Positions 50,996 through 64,000 of a DNA stretch of 64,000 bases are shown one piece after another. The notes under the pieces are model-generated. The model had not been told where the DNA came from. It saw only the letters and a list, made by a program, of their open reading frames with translations, and searched no databases. The translations under genes and the position numbers were made by a program. Source of the stretch: Tubiluchus corallicola (Eukaryota > Animalia > Priapulida); NCBI GenBank assembly GCA_030141605.1, contig JAQGDQ010000871.1:1-64000 (forward strand), read 5' to 3'. The number at the start of each line of letters is the position of its first letter. Position 1 is the first letter of the stretch.

Positions 50996-53900
50996 CCAAC
51001 AACAACAACAATGATAACAGTAACAACAGCAATGACAGCAGCAATGACAGCAGCAACGGCAACAAAACAATAAATGTAACAATGATGAAAACAATGAAAA
51101 TGACGATGATAACGATGATGAGAATAGTAAAACCAGCAAGCAAAAACTAGCATACAATAAGAACAATAACAACACCATCAACAACATCAACAACACCAGA
51201 AAAAGATGACCACATTGACATTAACAATAACAATAATAACGACACCAAAAAGCAACAAAAGCAACAGCAAAAAAAGACAAAAGTAATAATGACAATAATA
51301 ATGATGACGATGGTGATACTAATAACGACACCAAAAAGCAACAAAAGCAACAGCAACAAAAGACAAAAGTAATAATGACAACAATAATGATGATGATGGT
51401 GATGATAATAACAACACCAAACAACAACAAAAGCAACAGCAACAAACGACAAAAGTAATAATGACAATAATAGTGATGATGATGGTGATGATAATGGTGA
51501 CAATGTTGATTACGGTAGTAGCGGAAGTGATCACAACAAAAAAAGCGAACAAGAAGCAGACAAACAACAACAGCACTGAGAAACAACAAACAACAGACAA
51601 ATAAAAAAACGAACAGTAAACTAAATAAGAGTACCAAACTTGTTCCGTACCAATGTTACATTGTACCGTATTTACTTGTACCAAAAATTCTTGACAAAAC
51701 TTCGCTAGTAGTGAATTTACCAGTGCCATATTTTGTTTTCATTTCAGGTCGTCTGCCTTTGCGTACAGGACTAGTAGGTGATTCGCGTCTTCTTCTAGCA
51801 GGTCACAACGTAGGTCTACCTAAAGAAGAAATCACAATAGCTGAAGCTTTGCAGGAAGCCGGGTACAAAACTGGAATGGTAGGAAAATGGCATCTAGGTA
51901 AAGTTCGTTCAAAATTAGTACTCCATTATATAGCTGCTGTACCATATGACTGTTGCAATATGATTACTGGTAGTTATTATTAGTCTAAGTTGCACACATC
52001 ATCGTAAGTATGGGCAAATTAAACCCTATAGAGTATGATTTAGATGAAACCGTGTCATTTATGTTTGATGTGTTGATGGATTTTAGTTTTTACAGATTCT
52101 TATAAAGAAAGTAATCATTTCATATTCGAGCATCAAGCTTTTCAAAAAAAAATACCGAGTTAATCTTATTGATATTTCAATTTATCACCAATTTAAAAAA
52201 TATTAATGAAACACCTCTAATTACTGCTGTGTTTACCTGTCTTGAGGGCAGTTTTCTTTTATTTTGGTAGTCTGCCTGCCCAATTTCTAGAATAGACCTA
52301 ATGGGGATAATTATGATTATTATTTATAATCAACGAAGTGATCAGTACATTTTTTTGAAAGGACAGAATGAGTGAAGGAACCACTTGATTTTTCCTAAAA
52401 CTCGTACTGAAGCACGGGAATGATGTTTCCTTCAAAGCAGAACTCCCTGAACAGAACAGAATGTCTTGATTTGTAATTACCGCCGCCATTAATTGCCATA
52501 AAGGAATATATTCAACTAATCATGTTTGCCTGTTGACGCGACATTTTTAATGTTTTGCATAATTTTTAGTATTCAACAGATTTCTATAATAAATATTGGT
52601 GGATTAGAGACAATTTGTCTCACATGAAAACCGCAAAATGTAATATTTGTTCATTGACTAATTGTTACGTCTCAAACAGACAAGAAGAAATGCTGTTTCT
52701 GTAAAGTTTTAGGGGAGTCGTTTCAAAAAGTTGGCAACTTTGCCAGTCTTATGGGCTCCAATTTGCTAAATCCGTAAAAAACAGTTGCCAGCTTGAGAAA
52801 TTAGCGGAAAAGCTAAAAAACGCACAAAACAAAATGCCGCCAAGTTTTTGCACAAGCTACATAAATCAAAATAAATTCCAGAAATTTGAAGGAAAAACCA
52901 ACACTCGAACAAGATTCATTGTATTTTAATATACACATAGAAAGTCTGAAATTACCATAATGTACACGCATAAAATGTCTTGCTCAAAAATGCAAAAAAA
53001 TTTAACTCATTCTTATTTCCCACCACAGGAACCTCCCCACGGGCATATTTGAAAGCAAATGCCGTAGGCTGGTGGACAGCACGAAGCACGTATAACAAAA
53101 CTTCTGCAGTTCACTCAGAAATTGTATTAGTCTAGCTACTCTAGCTAAATTTTTTTGTTTAACTACTTTCATGCAAAAATGCATGTAGAAACAGTACCTC
53201 TAGAACAATCTGCTACATTCAGCACCATATTTGGATACAGCAGGGCAAACAAGACTCGCTTGTACACATTTACATCTGTCTTGGTATCCTTTGGCTGGCT
53301 GGCTGCGACATGCATCAAGTTGTTGATATGATTGAGGTCTTAATGTCCAGCGTGGTTTCCAACATTCCATGTCATATCAGAGGACCTCTTCCTGCCCAAC
53401 TCAAAACGGTGATTATAAAGCTGGTGCGGTGATTCAATGCCTGGCCCAATCTGCTTGATATTCCAAACGTCTGGTATGCTCCAATAGTGTGGCGATGTTG
53501 GCTGAATTGCCTCCATCGATCTTCCCTATTTGGTGAGAATATTTTTAAGTGCTTTATCAATTGACACCAACATGTTAGCTTTATCATACAGGACTACAAC
53601 CAAACGTTGGAAAACAGGCATGAGCTCTAACAGTGTTTCTTAAAGATATAAATACATCTGTTACGGGCTCAAACACTTGTAATGTAGACCAAGCCAGCTT
53701 TTTACCTCTCTCTGCAAGTGGTGAAGTCTTACCAGTATTGAGACAAAATCATGAGCGAGTTGATGATTCTTCAGGGCTGAGAGTTGATGATGGTATTCAC
53801 AATTTCATATGATCTAAGATATGGCCTATATAAACTGGCCACAACCAGGTTTTCGGCAATCCTAAAATTGGTGGCCATATTGGATAGTAATATTTAGGTG

Positions 53901-56900
53901 AAACAGTTTGGTAAGAGTCAGTTAGTTGCTTGCATGGAATTGGAGACTTACGATCCACTTTTACAGAGATATGTACAGAATATCCTTGTAGTTGGAAGTG
54001 TGTTGTTTTTTTGATACATTCAATCTAGTTTAGAAATTGTAGCGTACAAATGACTGTCTTGCATGTTGAATGTACAAGTTTTCTCACGTTCATGTACATG
54101 TACACGTTCATATTCTCATTTTTCTGGCAATATTTTGACTTTCGCCGAAGAGCCTCGTCCATTAACAGGTACAGTTAAATCAAATTCAACCAAAGCTGCA
54201 ATTCTTTTCGTTTTCAATCTTTAGGTATCAACGAGTTTAACAGCAGTGATGGAAACCATCTTCCCTTTCACCATGGCTTTGATTGGGTGGGAACTGTTCA
54301 CCCTCTTTCACTCAACGTTAATTGTGGCACGGTATGTATATCCACAGTCCTCAGGTTAATGTTCAATAACTGTTTTTCAATGAAGCATGTAAACCGTTTA
54401 AAGAACGGCCTTAGTTTAGTTTGTTTACGTTTATTGTGCCGCAAATCCATAAAAACAGAAAAACAGTTTCTATATCACCTGACTTAACGTTATTTCATTA
54501 ATTAATTCAGCAAGCATGAGATTGATAGGTTGGTCCTTACCCTGCGTTATCTACCTCTTCCTCCTTTCGATTTTTCCTGGATCCTCAGTGATGAGTATAA
54601 CCCGAGAAATTTTGCCGAGAATCATTCCACTATTGTGAGAATTTCTAATGAATTGGGTTTTCGTTTTTGAAACAAAAATTACTAAAAGGCGCAGCTCTTG
54701 TGTTCACAGCTGTGGTATCCTGAAATATTATGTCATTGATTTTTCTGAAAATCTGTTAAAAGCGAAATGATCTGCATCAAGATAGTACATTTCAATATTG
54801 TTGTCTTTTATGACTTATATATAGAATAAGGTGTGCTGAAAATAACTTTTTTATCCAATCTTTTTACAAATTTTCCTACTTTGGAGGTTTGACGAAAAAC
54901 TAACATGGGTAAATTTTTTTCTAGAAAAACAGCTGTTAAGCAGTGTGAACATTTTCAACAGAAATTATAAAGAAATCACAATGCCAAATAAACAGCGCAA
55001 GGTAGTGTTTTTGTTTTTTAGAACAAATAGTAGCTTACATACCAATGGAAAAATCCATATAGGGGTAATTTTAAAAGCATTAGTTAACAATGGTGATATA
55101 TGTATAAAATACACACATTTTTAATTTGCAGATACAACTTCCTAACATGCAAAACTGTCACAGTTCTAGTGCGATAACTATTAATCATTGCAAACTACTG
55201 GAGAAAATTGCTAGGTCAGTGGAGTGGATATAATAGTTTTTAAAGTTTATCAAATCACTGCACAAATGCGCATATTTCCGAAATCTTAAGATGAGAGGAG
55301 ACACGTGTTCCGAAAGCTTAATCTAGCTGAAAATTTACCCATATTAGTATCTCGTCAAACCTCCAAAGTAGGAAAAGCCGTAAAAAGATTTGATAAAAAA
55401 AGTTATTTTCAGCACACCCTAATATGGAATCCTTTAATACATTGTATTAATACATGGCGGCAATGCTTTTGTTCTCAAGTTGTTGACAATTTTTTCAGCG
55501 ACATGCAGAAGAACCATCCAGCGCTGAATGTTTCCTATACTTCAACGACACCCTTATTCAACAACCTATCAACTTAGAAACAATGGCGATTCGTATGCTT
55601 GATGATGCTAAACGTTTCATTAGAACCCAAGCTGAGGACTCTCGTCCGTTCTTTTTGTATTATTCTCTAACTCACACACATGCTGATCTCACAGTGAGCA
55701 AACGTTTTCAGGGAACTTCCAAACGAGGTGTGTTGGTTTTCGGTTATAGTAGCAGTGGCTGTAAAATCAGGCAAGTAACCATTTACTTGTCAACAATTAA
55801 TAAGACAAGAAGATCCGTTGTGACTTAGCCACTCAATAACTGTCTAAATGTTTTGTAACTTGCACTGTACGTAGAATCTGTACAACGCCTGTTAACTCAG
55901 GCATTTGGTAAAACGGATACTTGGTAGAATGAAAACTTTATAACTCAGTATTCGGAAATTTGGTAATACATTTGTTTGGTAATAACCCACATAATTGCAA
56001 CTGTTACAACTGATGGCTGCCAAAATATTTTACAGAGCAGACCTTTGTTAATTCACAATTACAGGCAGTTAGTAAATCACACACGTTATAGTTCAAATAC
56101 ACTGTAATCCTTGCACTAATAATTATGCTATAATAATTGCCCAAACGTTTGGTAGTATAGCTGGTAAACAAGTGTCTTGATCATCAAGCTTCCAGTCAGC
56201 AACGGTCGTACGTGATCTGCAGGTGGCTTATTTGGGTTAAAGTACTTTTCAGTCCCCCTCCTTCGCCCCATTGCAAAGGTTTAGATCCAAATTTGGTCTA
56301 GACCAAAGCAGATTGCGATCCTGTAGTCAAAATATAAAGGCATATTTTAATGATTATCCAGTTAATTCTAGATGTGCACTATCATAGCTATAATATAGCA
56401 AGGGATGGTGTTTAAAAGTAACACTAGCTCCAGAGATCTAGACATACATAGACACCTAGACATACAGATCCATAATAGTAGAACTGTTACTATGACCATT
56501 TTGAAACCTACACAGCGTGAATGTTAGAGTAGACCTAGATTAGGCCAAAGTTCGGAGTAGATTACTCAGTGGTCCTGTAGGTCCTTCTTTAACACGTCAC
56601 CTTGCAGCTGATTAGAAGTTCGGAAACTAACAAAAAGAAAGCAGTAACAATGCTTATCATATCTATTTAAGTTCCATGAACTTATTATAGATTTTAGGCT
56701 GTGCAGAATTTTTCACATATGTAACTTTCCAAAAATATGAAAAGTACTTACTAGTCGCTAAAATACTTGGTTACAAATTATTTCGATGAAGAAGTAAAGT
56801 TTATTACTATTATTACAGTTGGTTTGTTCCGTGTTTAGGAATTTATGGAGATAATGTTCAAGAAATGGGGTGGATTATTGGAGAAGTATTTGACTTACTT

Positions 56901-59900
56901 GAAGAGCTGAATATTCATGAAAATACAATGTCGTTATTTATTTCTGACAATGGTCCGTGGACAATGATTTGTCGTGAAGGTGGTACTTCAGGACCACTGA
57001 AAGGTTAGTGTGACGTAACAATGTGCCTATGGATTTTTCATACGCACATTATATGTACCTATGTCTACATGCACATTATTACAAATTATGCAATATGCCT
57101 CATTCCATGTATAGGGTTCACAACAGATTCTGAAGTTTGAACTACTGTACTACTTATACATATTTACAATTTAAATTTCGATATGGCTGTTTCAATTTAT
57201 TGCATTCCGTTGCATATTGGCAAGACCTAGGAGAAATTAAAGCTCTTTTCATCATGAAATCTAAGCCAATTTTGACTACCAAATACGTACAACTATTATG
57301 ATTATACATATAGTACAACAACGAAACTTGGAGTTTATCAAACACGAAACTTTTACATCAGAGCCTCAAAGTCCGAAGATTAATGTGGTTAGGACACTTT
57401 AGATAACCATCTAAACGGAGCTTTTGAACATTGCAATAAACACCTGGCAACCAAAAACAAGTTGAACAGCTACTATAAAACTGTTCTAGTTAACAAGGGT
57501 TTAATTTATTAAAAAAATGCTGTGCCTCAAATGTTCATAAAGGGTAAAGAGTTAGAACACTCTTTAGATTCAATTTTCTTTATTTTTTCCCTTCAGATGC
57601 TTTCGTCCATCTTTTATCAGCCGTGAGGGACAAGTGCTTCTGAAAGAAAAAATAAAAAAATTTTTGAGACCTAAAGAGCATTTTGAGACTTCCTTTACCG
57701 TTTACGACCATGGCGAGTCTCAGAAGACGACTGTTTTATTGTCTTATTTTCAATTTCCATTCTTTATCTCGCCAATCATTTTCGTCTAAACAACATTTTA
57801 GTTTCCTAAACAGCTCTGGGCCCAGCTTCACAAAGACGTCACTGAGTTAACGACGTCGTTTTTATGATGTGTCATTTAGTGATTGTAATAACAACATCGT
57901 ATTAGTGATGGCTTAGTGAAACCACTCCCGATTCGTATAGATAATCATGCCAACATTTCTAAACTCTTAAGTCTATATGTTCCATGATATTAGCCTCAAG
58001 TCAGTGTGTAATTGGCTAAACTGAAATGGCTTGCCATTTTTACAAGTACCTATTTTCTTTGTGTACTAGGTTAGTTATTACAGCTCTGCAAAGAGGTCAG
58101 TACTATCGAAAGTATATAAACAGGGATTTGAAACTCAGGCTTTGGGTGTGCGCGTATCTCGTACAGGCTCCTGATGTACGCGTATCTCGTACAGGCTCTT
58201 GGCGTACGTGTATCTCATACAGGTTCTTGGCGTACGTGTATCTCGTACAGGCTCTTGGCGTACGTGTATCTCGTACAAGCTCTTGGCGTACGTGTATTTC
58301 GTTCTTGATGTACGTGTATCTCGTACAGGCTCTTGATGTACGTGTATCTCGTACAGGCTCTTGATGTACGTGTATCTCGTACAGGCACTTGGCGTACGTG
58401 TATCTCGTACAGGCTCCTGGTGTACGTGTATCTCGTACAGGCTCCTGGTGTACGTGTATCTCGTACAGGCTCTTGGCGTACGTGTATCTCGTACAGGCTC
58501 TTGGCGTACGTGTATCTCGTACAGGCTCTTGGTGTGCGTGTATCTCGTACAGGCTCTTGGCGTACGTGTATCTCGTACAGTACAGTGGTGCGTATTCGTA
58601 CAGGCACGTGTATCTCGTACTTTTTTCGTACGTGTATTTCGTACAGGCACTGGGCTCGTGTGTATTGTACAGGCTCTCGCGTACGTGTATCTCGTACATC
58701 TTGGCGTACGTGATCGCAAGCTTGTAGTATCTTATGGCGTAGTATCGTACAGGTTTGGCGTACGTGTATTTCGTACAGGCTCTTGGCGTACGTGTATCTC
58801 GTACAGGCTCTTGATGTACGTGTATCTCGTACAGGCACTTGGCGTACGTGTATCTCGTACAGGTTCTTGGCATACGTGTATCTCGTACAGGCTCTTGGCG
58901 TACGTGTATCTCGTACAAGCTCTTGGTGTACGTGTATCTCGTACAGGCTCTTGGCGTACGTGTATCTCGTACAGGCTCTTGGCGTACGTGTATCTCGTAC
59001 AGGCTCTTGGTGTACGTGTATCTCGTACAGGCTCTTGGCGTACGTGTATCTCGTACAGGCTCTTGGTGTACGTGTATCTCGTACAGGCTCTTGGTGTACG
59101 TGTATCTCGTACAGGCTCTTGGTGTACGTGTATCTCGTACAGGTTTCTGATCTTCGTTTGTATCGGCTTAAACACCTTTTTGCCTAACAATATCTTGCAA
59201 CCAAGACATTGTTGTCTTTGATGAGTTTTTGCTTGCATTTGTGCGAGAAAAATGAATCATCTTTTCAATCCACAGTAATTTAAACAAAACTTTAAAAGTA
59301 CTTATTTCCAGGTGCCAAAGGTACTTCCTGGGAGGGTGGATATCGAGTTCCTGCAATAGCTCACTGGCCTGGTAAGATCAAAGCAAGCAAAATTTCAACA
59401 GCAGTGGTCAACACTATGGATGTCTTTCCAACATTGCTGGAAATTGCAGAAGTTTCTCTACCAAGGGGAGTTTACATTGATGGTAGGTTTTCAATATCAG
59501 AGCTGTAGATTCTTAAAATAACTAAAAGTCTATTATTATTCGTAAGATGTGGTCTACAAAATGCTGTTTAAAAAGTCTGTGATTTGTGCAGAAATAAAAT
59601 TACTCGTGTAACATTTCGTTTTAGCGTTTCCAACAGTTAATGCGTCTCTGACAGGAAAATAATTACCAAGGGTAGAAACCATGTTTCCTTGATAATTACG
59701 TCCAATAAGTACAACAATAGCACGAATGCTTGATCATTCGACACTTTCTTTGCTGTTATGCTGCTCCGGAATCATACTAGGATTTCTAAATTTTCACATT
59801 CTTGATCAGCCTGTATAAAGACAGCACCATTACTTTAGTCTTAGAAAATTCGGGTAAAAGTTCTTTGTCACGTGTTTTTAGTAGTGTGTAATCAGCAAAT

Positions 59901-60653
59901 TTAGCAGTCTGAATCATTTATTTAGGCCTATTCTGGTTTTAATTTTATTTCATGTAACAATGTGGTTCTCTGAATTTATTGATTTTTCAGTGCCTAAACT
60001 GATGAGCCACTATGAGCATTCAAACTAATACATCATATTTGTCTTATGCTATGTTATGTTACATTATGTTATGCTTCGTAACGTTACGCCGCGTTACGCT
60101 ATGCTGCTCTGGGCAATTGCATTATTCGCCAGTACAATATGTTAACATTTTATTTTCAGGAATTTCAATTAAAACGATTCTGCTTAATGATGATGACGAA
60201 TCACCCCATGATCTCATTTACTACTACTGTAAGGACAAGTTGTTTGCTGTCCGTTACAAAGATTACAAAGTACATTTTTACACCACACCTCACCAGTCTG
60301 AACTCAAAAGCTGTTCTGGGGGATTCACAAATGGAAGTCTTTTGATACAATTCATGCTTTCTGACGATATAAAATCCCACTACATGTTTTGCGAAGGAAG
60401 TGACGTTAAAAAACAAGATCCCCCTCTTATATTTAACATTGCTGAAGATATTTCAGAGCAGTGGCCATTAAATGTCGATGATTTACCCAAAGAGGATAAA
60501 GATCTATTGGTCGTGGTTCAAAGGCTTGTTGAGGACCATAAGCAAACTCTATTTGGTGTTCGAAAGCCACTGTCTATGGAATGGAAAGGCATAAGGAACA
60601 AGGAATATGTCCCATGCCACGATCCACCACACTGCCGGCTGAACTATCCCTGA
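49709..60653 (+). CDS. Arylsulfatase (formylglycine-dependent, secreted/lysosomal; sea-urchin ARS / nematode SUL-2-like), 536 aa
   Basis: Exons 49709-50003, 51748-51897, 54225-54331, 55499-55727, 56839-57003, 59312-59482, 60160-60653 (1611 nt, in frame). Signal peptide; [93 protein letters not shown]. Confidence 0.95.
50860..51620. repeat. (AAC)n/(AAT/GAT)n compound microsatellite with an 86-bp higher-order repeat
   Basis: Near-pure AAC at 50926-51011; three 86-bp units in register at 51241, 51327, 51413. Confidence 0.95.
58146..59143. repeat. 28-bp minisatellite, about 35 units, in arylsulfatase intron 5
   Basis: Consensus GGCGTACGTGTATCTCGTACAGGCTCTT in head-to-tail array, with a degenerate centre at about 58578-58760. 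Confidence 0.97.
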
Positions 60654-61112
60654 TCTTTTGAAGTGTTCCAATTAAAATTATAATTGTTCGGAAAATTATT
60701 CTGGCTCATCGTGAAAAAGAAATTGGATAAAGTGTTGTTGGTCATTGTTGTGGTCAAGTGGCTAATTAGTGAATAACGAATTATATATTCTGAGATTAAA
60801 CCAATAATTTTGATTAAAATGTTTTTGTGCAGCCGCAAAAGCTAGATCAGTTTTAGGTTCATCTGTAACATTAGACAAAATGGTTGATTAAATTTATTTC
60901 ATAAGGGTGTCAATTTACCGAATAAAATACTGCTCGTAAAAATTTACTGTGTGTTATTAAATTTATGTAAAATGTGAAAATAAATCACTGATTTAACACT
61001 CTTTGCAAACAGGCATGCACGACGCTCTCAACTGTTGACCCTTTTTAATGCAGTTTGACTGTTACAAGACGAAATCCTAACTAATTATCGACCATCATTG
61101 CTTGGGACGTGG

Positions 61113-61766
61113 CAGGGCCGGATTAAAGTGCATTGCCGCCCAAAGCGTAGCCAATACCTAGTGCCCCGGCGATTTTCCCGACTCAAAGTATATTTGCTAT
61201 GTGATACTAATTGCGTGATTTTACATATATATATATATAACAAATTCCATTGTTCTATGTAAGATTTATACCATTTAAAATCTTTATTGACTTCTAGTTG
61301 AAATTTTGGTTAAATAAATCAACTACAAAAAAGAAGGCATTATGCCTGGCAATAACAAAAAAGAACCAAACTACTGTCAAGCATGACATTAAAATGACCC
61401 CACTGCATGACTAATTACTCATGAAACTTCCTGCTCCAGGACCTTGGCAAATGGCTGTTGCTGATGTTGTGGTTGCCAACTTGCCATAAGGATTAGTGAA
61501 ACATTGTGATAAAATGAGAAGACACTTTGCAAGACAAATCCCGTGGCTCTATATAAGATTTATACCACTTAAATTCTTTTTTGATAGGAAAAAAAACCCA
61601 GCCATTTAGGTATTTCATTCTGCTGTAGCAGTCTATCTCACATTTTAAACTGTGAAAAGCTTTTATGGTCTTTAACATGCTTTATTAAAATTTTCAATTT
61701 AATTTTTGCCAGCCTGGTGCCCCTAGGGCCGCGAGCTTAGTCTGTTTATGCGTTAATCCGGTCCTG
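61113..61766. mobile_element. hAT-type MITE (654 bp)
   Basis: TIRs CAGGGCCGGATTAA / TTAATCCGGTCCTG with a perfect 8-bp TSD GGACGTGG (61105-61112, 61767-61774). Confidence 0.9.
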
Positions 61767-62429
61767 GGACGTGGCTTGCTTGTGACGTTCGTTCAGCTTC
61801 GTACAAACCATCCTTCACTATGACAAAGAATGTGGGGCCCGTCTTGCAGATGAAATGTTATACAACGTTATACAGTAACGCCATAACTAAAATTTTCACT
61901 CTCGCAAAAACGTGCTACACGTTCGTGAAATGTTTCTGCTGTTACAAAATAAAATTCAGTCGTGGCGTCATCACTAGCTGTACTCGATGGCCGTTAACTA
62001 GGTTTCTAAGCTAAGAATTAATGTTAGGAAACAGTTTATCATTCTTATACTTGACAAATTGTGTACTTTTACCATACTTCAAAATGGGATAGGATCTGAA
62101 AAAAATCATCCTGTTTTTCTTTAAATTCTATTTATTGGTTTTGTATGTGTCTAAATTAGTTTAGAAATAAATTTTATTTTTTTCTTATAAAAAAGCAAGA
62201 GCAGGCGAGTCCGCATAGGAAATATCAGTGTAAGAACAATTTCTTTCTGACAGCAGTCCGAGCTGACTTGAAGGTATCGGCTAAATCTGCAAAGTGCAAA
62301 GCCATTCTACTATATAATGCAAATCTCTCTACTGCATAATGCAGATTTTCAGAACAACACCAAAAATATCAGCTAGAGTGACCACATTTACATAGGCCTA
62401 CTATACCTTGTACTTCGTTTAGACAGTAT

Positions 62430-63375
62430 TGGTTTTTAAGTACATGTGTGAGAAAATGAGTAATGACAATGGTGCTTTTCGTTTGAATAGACCGATAGTA
62501 ATCTAGTTACTGATGACATTTCAAAAGCTACGATTTTAAATGATTTTTTCCAAAAAAATCGCCGTTAATGATGGTAATTTAAATGATGTTGAGATGAAAG
62601 TCACTCCTGATATAAGTTCATGGTTAATTTTCCACCTTCATGGTGAAAATGATAAAGAAGTTAAAGTATAAAAAAGCCGAACTCCTGAAGAAATCCCGGC
62701 TACATTTTACAAAACACCTGCCATGTGTACTATGTGTACGTCTATCAATTTTTCTGAAAGTCTTTCAACGGTGGTGTTTTCCCAGCAATATGGAAGCTGG
62801 CAAATATAATGCCAACATTCAAGAAAGGGGAAGGTTCTGGTTCAAACAACTGCAGACCAGTGACGGACGCTGAGCAGTGTAACATGCTAGTTGGTGGAGA
62901 TTGTTATTGCATAAAATTCTGTTAAATATGTAAGAATGTGACATCTTTTATCTCGTAAACAACAAGGTTTTCTGACAGGAAAGTCCAAATGTACACGCTT
63001 GTTAGAATGTTTGTATAACTTGGACCTGGCAATAGATCTGATTAAATTACTGATTACGGGGAAAATACTGATATTATTTATACAGATATATAGATTTTAA
63101 AAAGGACTTAGTTACAGTTCGTCAAAGCTTTTGCACAAATTACAGTCTTTTGGTATACATGGTCCTCTGTTACATTAGATTGTCTGTTTTCAGAAACAAG
63201 GCAAATAGTGTGTAGTTATCGGGTTTTTCAGCTTCAGACTATGTGTAATAGTCACATCAGGTGTACCAGAAGGAAGAGTTTTGGGCTCCGTTTTGTTTTT
63301 GCTCTTCATTAATGATTTGCCTGAAAAAGTAGGTCTTTCAAATCTTAAGCTTTCTGCTGATGATGTCATGTACTT
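62430..63375 (+). mobile_element. CR1-type LINE reverse transcriptase, pseudogenised
   Basis: FKKG, NCRPV, KQQGFLTGKS, YIDFK, LLHKLQSFGIHG, VTSGVPEGRVLGSVLFLLFINDLP, KLSADDV in the correct RT order, with frameshifts. Confidence 0.85.
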
Positions 63376-64000
63376 ACAGTGTCAGTAAAATTTAACTCAG
63401 TGTTAATAATTTAAATTAAATTAAATTAAGTATTTGTTATGCTATCTTGTAGATGTAGATACGGCAGTAGCAATAATACTTACACACGCCACGTGCAATT
63501 GAGGAATCTAGCTTTGAAAACAAAAAGCGGTGGTGTCCTCTGTTGTCTAAAAAGGTGATATACAAGCTACAAAACATTCATGGCCAAAAACGTATAAAAT
63601 GCGCACGAAGGATTGCTGTTATTGCTGAACTGTCGTCTGCTACGTTGCCACTGATGCATAGCTTTTCCTGTAACTTTGTCGATTTTTTTATCTTCAAATG
63701 GCCCAGAAAAGATATAGTGTTCAGCAACTTAGGGACTGCCGTACAAAATTTGGGATTGAGTCATCAGATGATGGTAGGTGAAACCAGTCCATATATGCAA
63801 TTAGATATGACTATTTAAAAATTGCATGGTTGATAAATTATGTACATCCAAGGTAAAGATTACAGCATTAGGCCTTCCTTTATTTCTTCTACACACTAGA
63901 ATGACTATTGGGGCAAATGACACCATTTGACAGTACTGCTCTTACATATTTTACAAAAGATTTTGTACTGACACAGTGCGGGATGGCAAAAAAGTTGCAT

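Noticed and set aside
50556-51729. Poly-N/T/V/C/L ORFs
   Set aside because: Translations of intronic trinucleotide repeats.
53200-54000. Possible hAT transposase relic (ETRWTLR-like on the minus strand with a frameshift)
   Set aside because: Only one weak motif; not supportable without a search.
58026-59238. Long overlapping ORFs, and a CRISPR-like look of the 28-bp repeats
   Set aside because: Units are head-to-tail with no unique spacers and no cas genes. The ORFs arise because the 28-nt unit is stop-free; the region is a sulfatase intron.

Overview
AT-rich, intron-rich animal (invertebrate, probably bilaterian) genomic DNA, not prokaryotic. Six protein-coding genes can be rebuilt by hand from GT-AG splice sites with consistent phases. 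Minus strand: the 5' part of COPB2 (coatomer beta', 13 coding exons, continuing off the window start), an intronless FMRFamide/peptide-receptor-like class A GPCR, and a 4-exon SLC16-like MFS transporter. Plus strand: a co-oriented trio of a divergent GT31-like glycosyltransferase, a STELLO/DUF288-like glycosyltransferase and a 7-exon arylsulfatase. Introns and spacers carry many transposon relics: LINE fragments, a piggyBac-like relic, two hAT MITEs with perfect 8-bp TSDs, a tRNA-derived SINE and an inverted repeat with a hammerhead-like core. There is also a 1-kb 28-bp minisatellite and several microsatellites. Most short ORFs in the track are spurious. The best leads are the glycan-gene trio with altered catalytic motifs, the tight MCT-GPCR junction and the Penelope/hammerhead-like inverted repeat. 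No database searches were run, so family assignments rest on motifs recognised by eye.
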